Assembly (NCBI GenBank): GCA_964016885.1
Contig: OZ024741.1
Location: forward strand, 75,640,001 to 75,704,000
Origin: Eledone cirrhosa
Taxonomy: Eukaryota
Direction of reading: 5' to 3'
DNA: 64,000 bases
The notes beneath the pieces are model-generated. The model did no database searches. It was not told where the DNA came from and saw nothing but the letters and a program-made list of their open reading frames with translations. The translations under genes and the position numbers were made by a program. Each line of letters opens with the position of its first letter. The stretch's first letter is position 1. This document shows, piece after piece, positions 62,101 to 64,000 of this stretch.

Positions 62101-62297
62101 TTCCCACCCAGAAAAGCTTATAACATCGTTTTTTACCCTCAATGAATCTAGCAGACCCACCCCTCCACCTGGTCTCTTGAATACAACAAACATCGACCTC
62201 CTTACGTTCAAGCATTTCTACAACCTCGTTAGCGCGACCCTTTAGGGTGCCTACATTTACGGTACCAACTCTGAAGTTTTGGATTGCGTTTGGGGGG
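59157..62297 (-). mobile_element. Near full-length RTE LINE (family 1); 5'UTR missing, 3'UTR internally deleted
   Basis: Intact ORF. The frame stays open upstream (NFRVGTVNVGTLKGR). (GAT)n is joined only ~60 nt after the stop codon. Confidence 0.95.
59240..62215 (-). CDS. RTE polyprotein: APE endonuclease + reverse transcriptase with inserted PHD-like finger
   Basis: 991 aa uninterrupted: CIQETRW, AYAPQ, AGDLNGHVG, QVDYIL, SQHRL; NYRGIKL, QFGF, DLEKAFD, QGSVLSP, YADD, FRYLG; C4HC3-type cysteine pattern. Confidence 0.95.
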   Translation of the reverse strand: MLERKEVDVCCIQETRWRGGSARFIEGKKRCYKLFWVGNDDGLGGVGIMVAEKWADKIIDVNRVNDRIIKIRLVLNRTTVTVISAYAPQSGLPGTIKDRFYETLMLTTSKISDSDYIIIAGDLNGHVGQHCDGYDEIHGGYGFGTRNEEGSRILEFCDANNLTICNTNFKKRDNHLITYRSREHTSQVDYILTRRRDRVSVVNTKSLPHEECTSQHRLIISDLIVRTRRTRQQKRTIFRRKIWKLKDPTARNKFQSILLDAFDSKEEHLESDNIEGEWEFLKANLLMATDEVCGWSRPVGRRRVTWWWNSKVEGSIKAKKQAWKVWRDGGSREDYQVARREARRQVYLARREAEERKFKHVLQREDQKREVFRIARQCVKENRDIVGEKCVLNDDGILAITDADKKVAWKCHYERLLNEENKWEKDGLPHIDPIEGPAVLVEGSIISKAIKDMKTGKAAGPSEIVAEMLKASGTVGHTMVTRIVNQVVQNGVVPKDWRSSIIVNCYKGKGDALDRSNYRGIKLIDQVMKVTEKVIAQLIRERIDLDEMQFGFVSGKSTTDALFIVRQLQEKYLAKSKPLYLAFVDLEKAFDRVPRSIIWWALRKLGVDEWLVRAIQAMYKETVSKVRINNEYSEEFSVKVGVHQGSVLSPLLFIISLQAITEEFKTGCPWELLYADDLTLIAESMAELEKKFQTWKHGLESKGLKINLAKTKVLVCRKENKAAVPSGKWSCSVCGKGVGRNSILCPKCKVWVHKRCSGITGKLTKNIDFTCGRCSGAISSSKCSQNTSSFNCAEGSIEIVDSFRYLGDKISSGGGCSESTVARVRTGWKKFRELIPLLAAKGFSLKMKGRLYDACIRTAMLHGSETWALCAEDIRRMERNEACMLRWMCNSNIRERQSINELRKKLEIRGIRCCLLERRLRWYGHVMRMKVDSCITKCRAIKIDGSHGIGRPRKTWDELINSDLTHLHLSKTMSLDRDLWRYSVTEKTRLT

Positions 62298-62426
62298 CGG
62301 GGGGAGATGGGGTTATGTTAGCCGCCCGCGGTTGAAACAAAGAGGAGTGCTCGCATTCTCGTCCACGAGGTGAATTTGTCTTCAACTTTGGCATTTTCGA
62401 TATATATATATCTCGAAAATGCCTCC

Positions 62427-62524
<98 letters not shown>

Positions 62525-62655
62525 GGAGGCATTTTCGAGATATATATATATATCGAAAATGCCAAAGTTGAAGACAAATTCACCTCGTGGACGAGAATGC
62601 GAGCACTCCTCTTTGTTTCAACCGCGGGCGGCTAACATAACCCCATCTCCCCCCG
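62298..62655. repeat. Virtually perfect ~132-bp inverted duplication around a (TA)n tract; each arm is a mini hairpin+tail element (family K)
   Basis: 62298-62429 is the reverse complement of 62521-62655 except for one TA unit. Each arm has ggcattttcga..tcgaaaatgcc and GAGCACTC. Confidence 0.85.
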
Positions 62656-63303
62656 GTTCCTTACCACACTTCCTTCGTTATATATATATTATATATATAT
62701 ATGTATATTTTATTTATTTAATTACATACTAAGCAACACAATATAATTATTCCATCACCAAAGGTTTCAAGAAACTAGATGTTTATTACAGAAACATCCA
62801 GCCTGTTCAATATATATATGTATAAATGTGCAATATGTGATGTCTTCATATTCATATACCTTTATATGTGTTTGTGCCTTTCTCCGCACAAAAATATATA
62901 TGTCTATATATGTCTTTGTGTGTGTATATATGTAATATAAATATATATATGAAAAAACAATGTTGTCTCTGATCAAGATAAAACGAGAGTGTATTTGAAT
63001 ACATATAAAAGTGAGAAAACTCATAGCTAGAGCAGCCATTAAAACAGCTAAATCATGAGGGTGAAGATGTATATGTGTAAACTTGTCTTCTACATTCTTT
63101 TTTCCAGTCACTTCTATACGTCAACACACTTCCTCTTATCCTCCTCCGTCATTTCTATATTTCATCTGCCAGTCACCCACCATGTGCATTGTCTCTCTGT
63201 TGACCACTGGCAGCTGGTCTCTGTCTTCTGAGGCATTTTTGCCCATTGCTGTCTTTGACAGCATTTAACTGTTTTAGTGATCAGCTTTCTCATTTATATA
63301 CAT

Positions 63304-64000
63304 ATCATCATCACCATCGTCACCGTTTTACGTCTGTTCTTCCACGCTAGCATGGGTTAGACGGGTTGTCCTGTTGTGGGCAGTGTCCAGTCAGCTGACC
63401 TTGTCTTGCTCATACAGAAACTGATTCTGGCTTGATTTCTACAGCTGGGTGCCATTCCTAACACCAACCTCATTTACAGTGAGTGCTGGGTGCTTTTTTT
63501 CCGTGGCGCCTACACGTCCACTTTACAGTGTGGGCTGGGTGCTTTTTTTGAGGTGGCACCTCCACGACCACTTTGCAGTGGGAGGGTGTGGGGGCATATT
63601 GTCTATATGCTTCAGCTCTGGCTTGTTCCCGTGGGAAGTCGGGTCTTCTGTACTATTGCGTGACGCCAGAGGTCACAGTCGTGTGTCATCACCTTTGAGA
63701 GGTGTAATTGTGTAAGGTCGGCTTTTATCACCTCATCCCAGGTCTTCTTGGGTCTCCCCACTCCGCGGCTTCCATCGACTTCTTATGCTCTGCACCTTTT
63801 TATGCAGCTGTCATCCTTCATACGCATCACATGTCCATACCAATGTAACCTCCTCTCCTGCACACACCATTTGATTCCTCTATTGCTTAGTCTCTCTCTC
63901 AATTTGTTTATGCTTTGCCGTTCGCGTATATTACTATTACACATCCATCGGAGCAAGCAAGCTTCGTTCTTTCTAATCTGCACAAGTCTTCCACAGACAG
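63304..64000 (-). mobile_element. RTE family 2 3' part (runs off the window)
   Basis: ORF 63783-63983, 3'UTR and decayed (CAT)n tail on +. Confidence 0.9.

Overview
AT-rich eukaryotic DNA made almost entirely of transposable elements nested in (TA)n microsatellites. The SINE repertoire and repeat landscape resemble an octopod cephalopod (inference). No host gene can be called with confidence. Ordinary content: about 20 copies or fragments of RTE-clade LINEs with (GAT)n tails (one with an intact 991-aa APE-RT ORF carrying a PHD-like finger inside the RT), two mariner remnants, R4/Dong-like and CRE-like RLE-LINE remnants, an LTR with a tRNA-Trp primer-binding site, tRNA-derived SINEs and MITEs. 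The most interesting signal is a three-tier system of Penelope-like elements (PLEs) carrying hammerhead ribozymes (HHRs). Tier 1 is a truncated Naiad/Neptune-like RT+GIY-YIG element with an inverted pLTR (26749-28827). Tier 2 is two sequence-unrelated, non-coding, direct-repeat-flanked, retrozyme-like units (2797-3837 and 22722-23732). Their HHRs have 80-95 nt branched expansions in stem II, and both share an identically spaced 13-nt micro-exon. Tier 3 is more than ten families of 100-650 bp hairpin+tail inserts in (TA)n, many with a minimal type I HHR (palindromic stem III) and a shared YY-GAGTRCTC motif about 37-75 nt from the 3' end. Family letters A-K below are my own labels.
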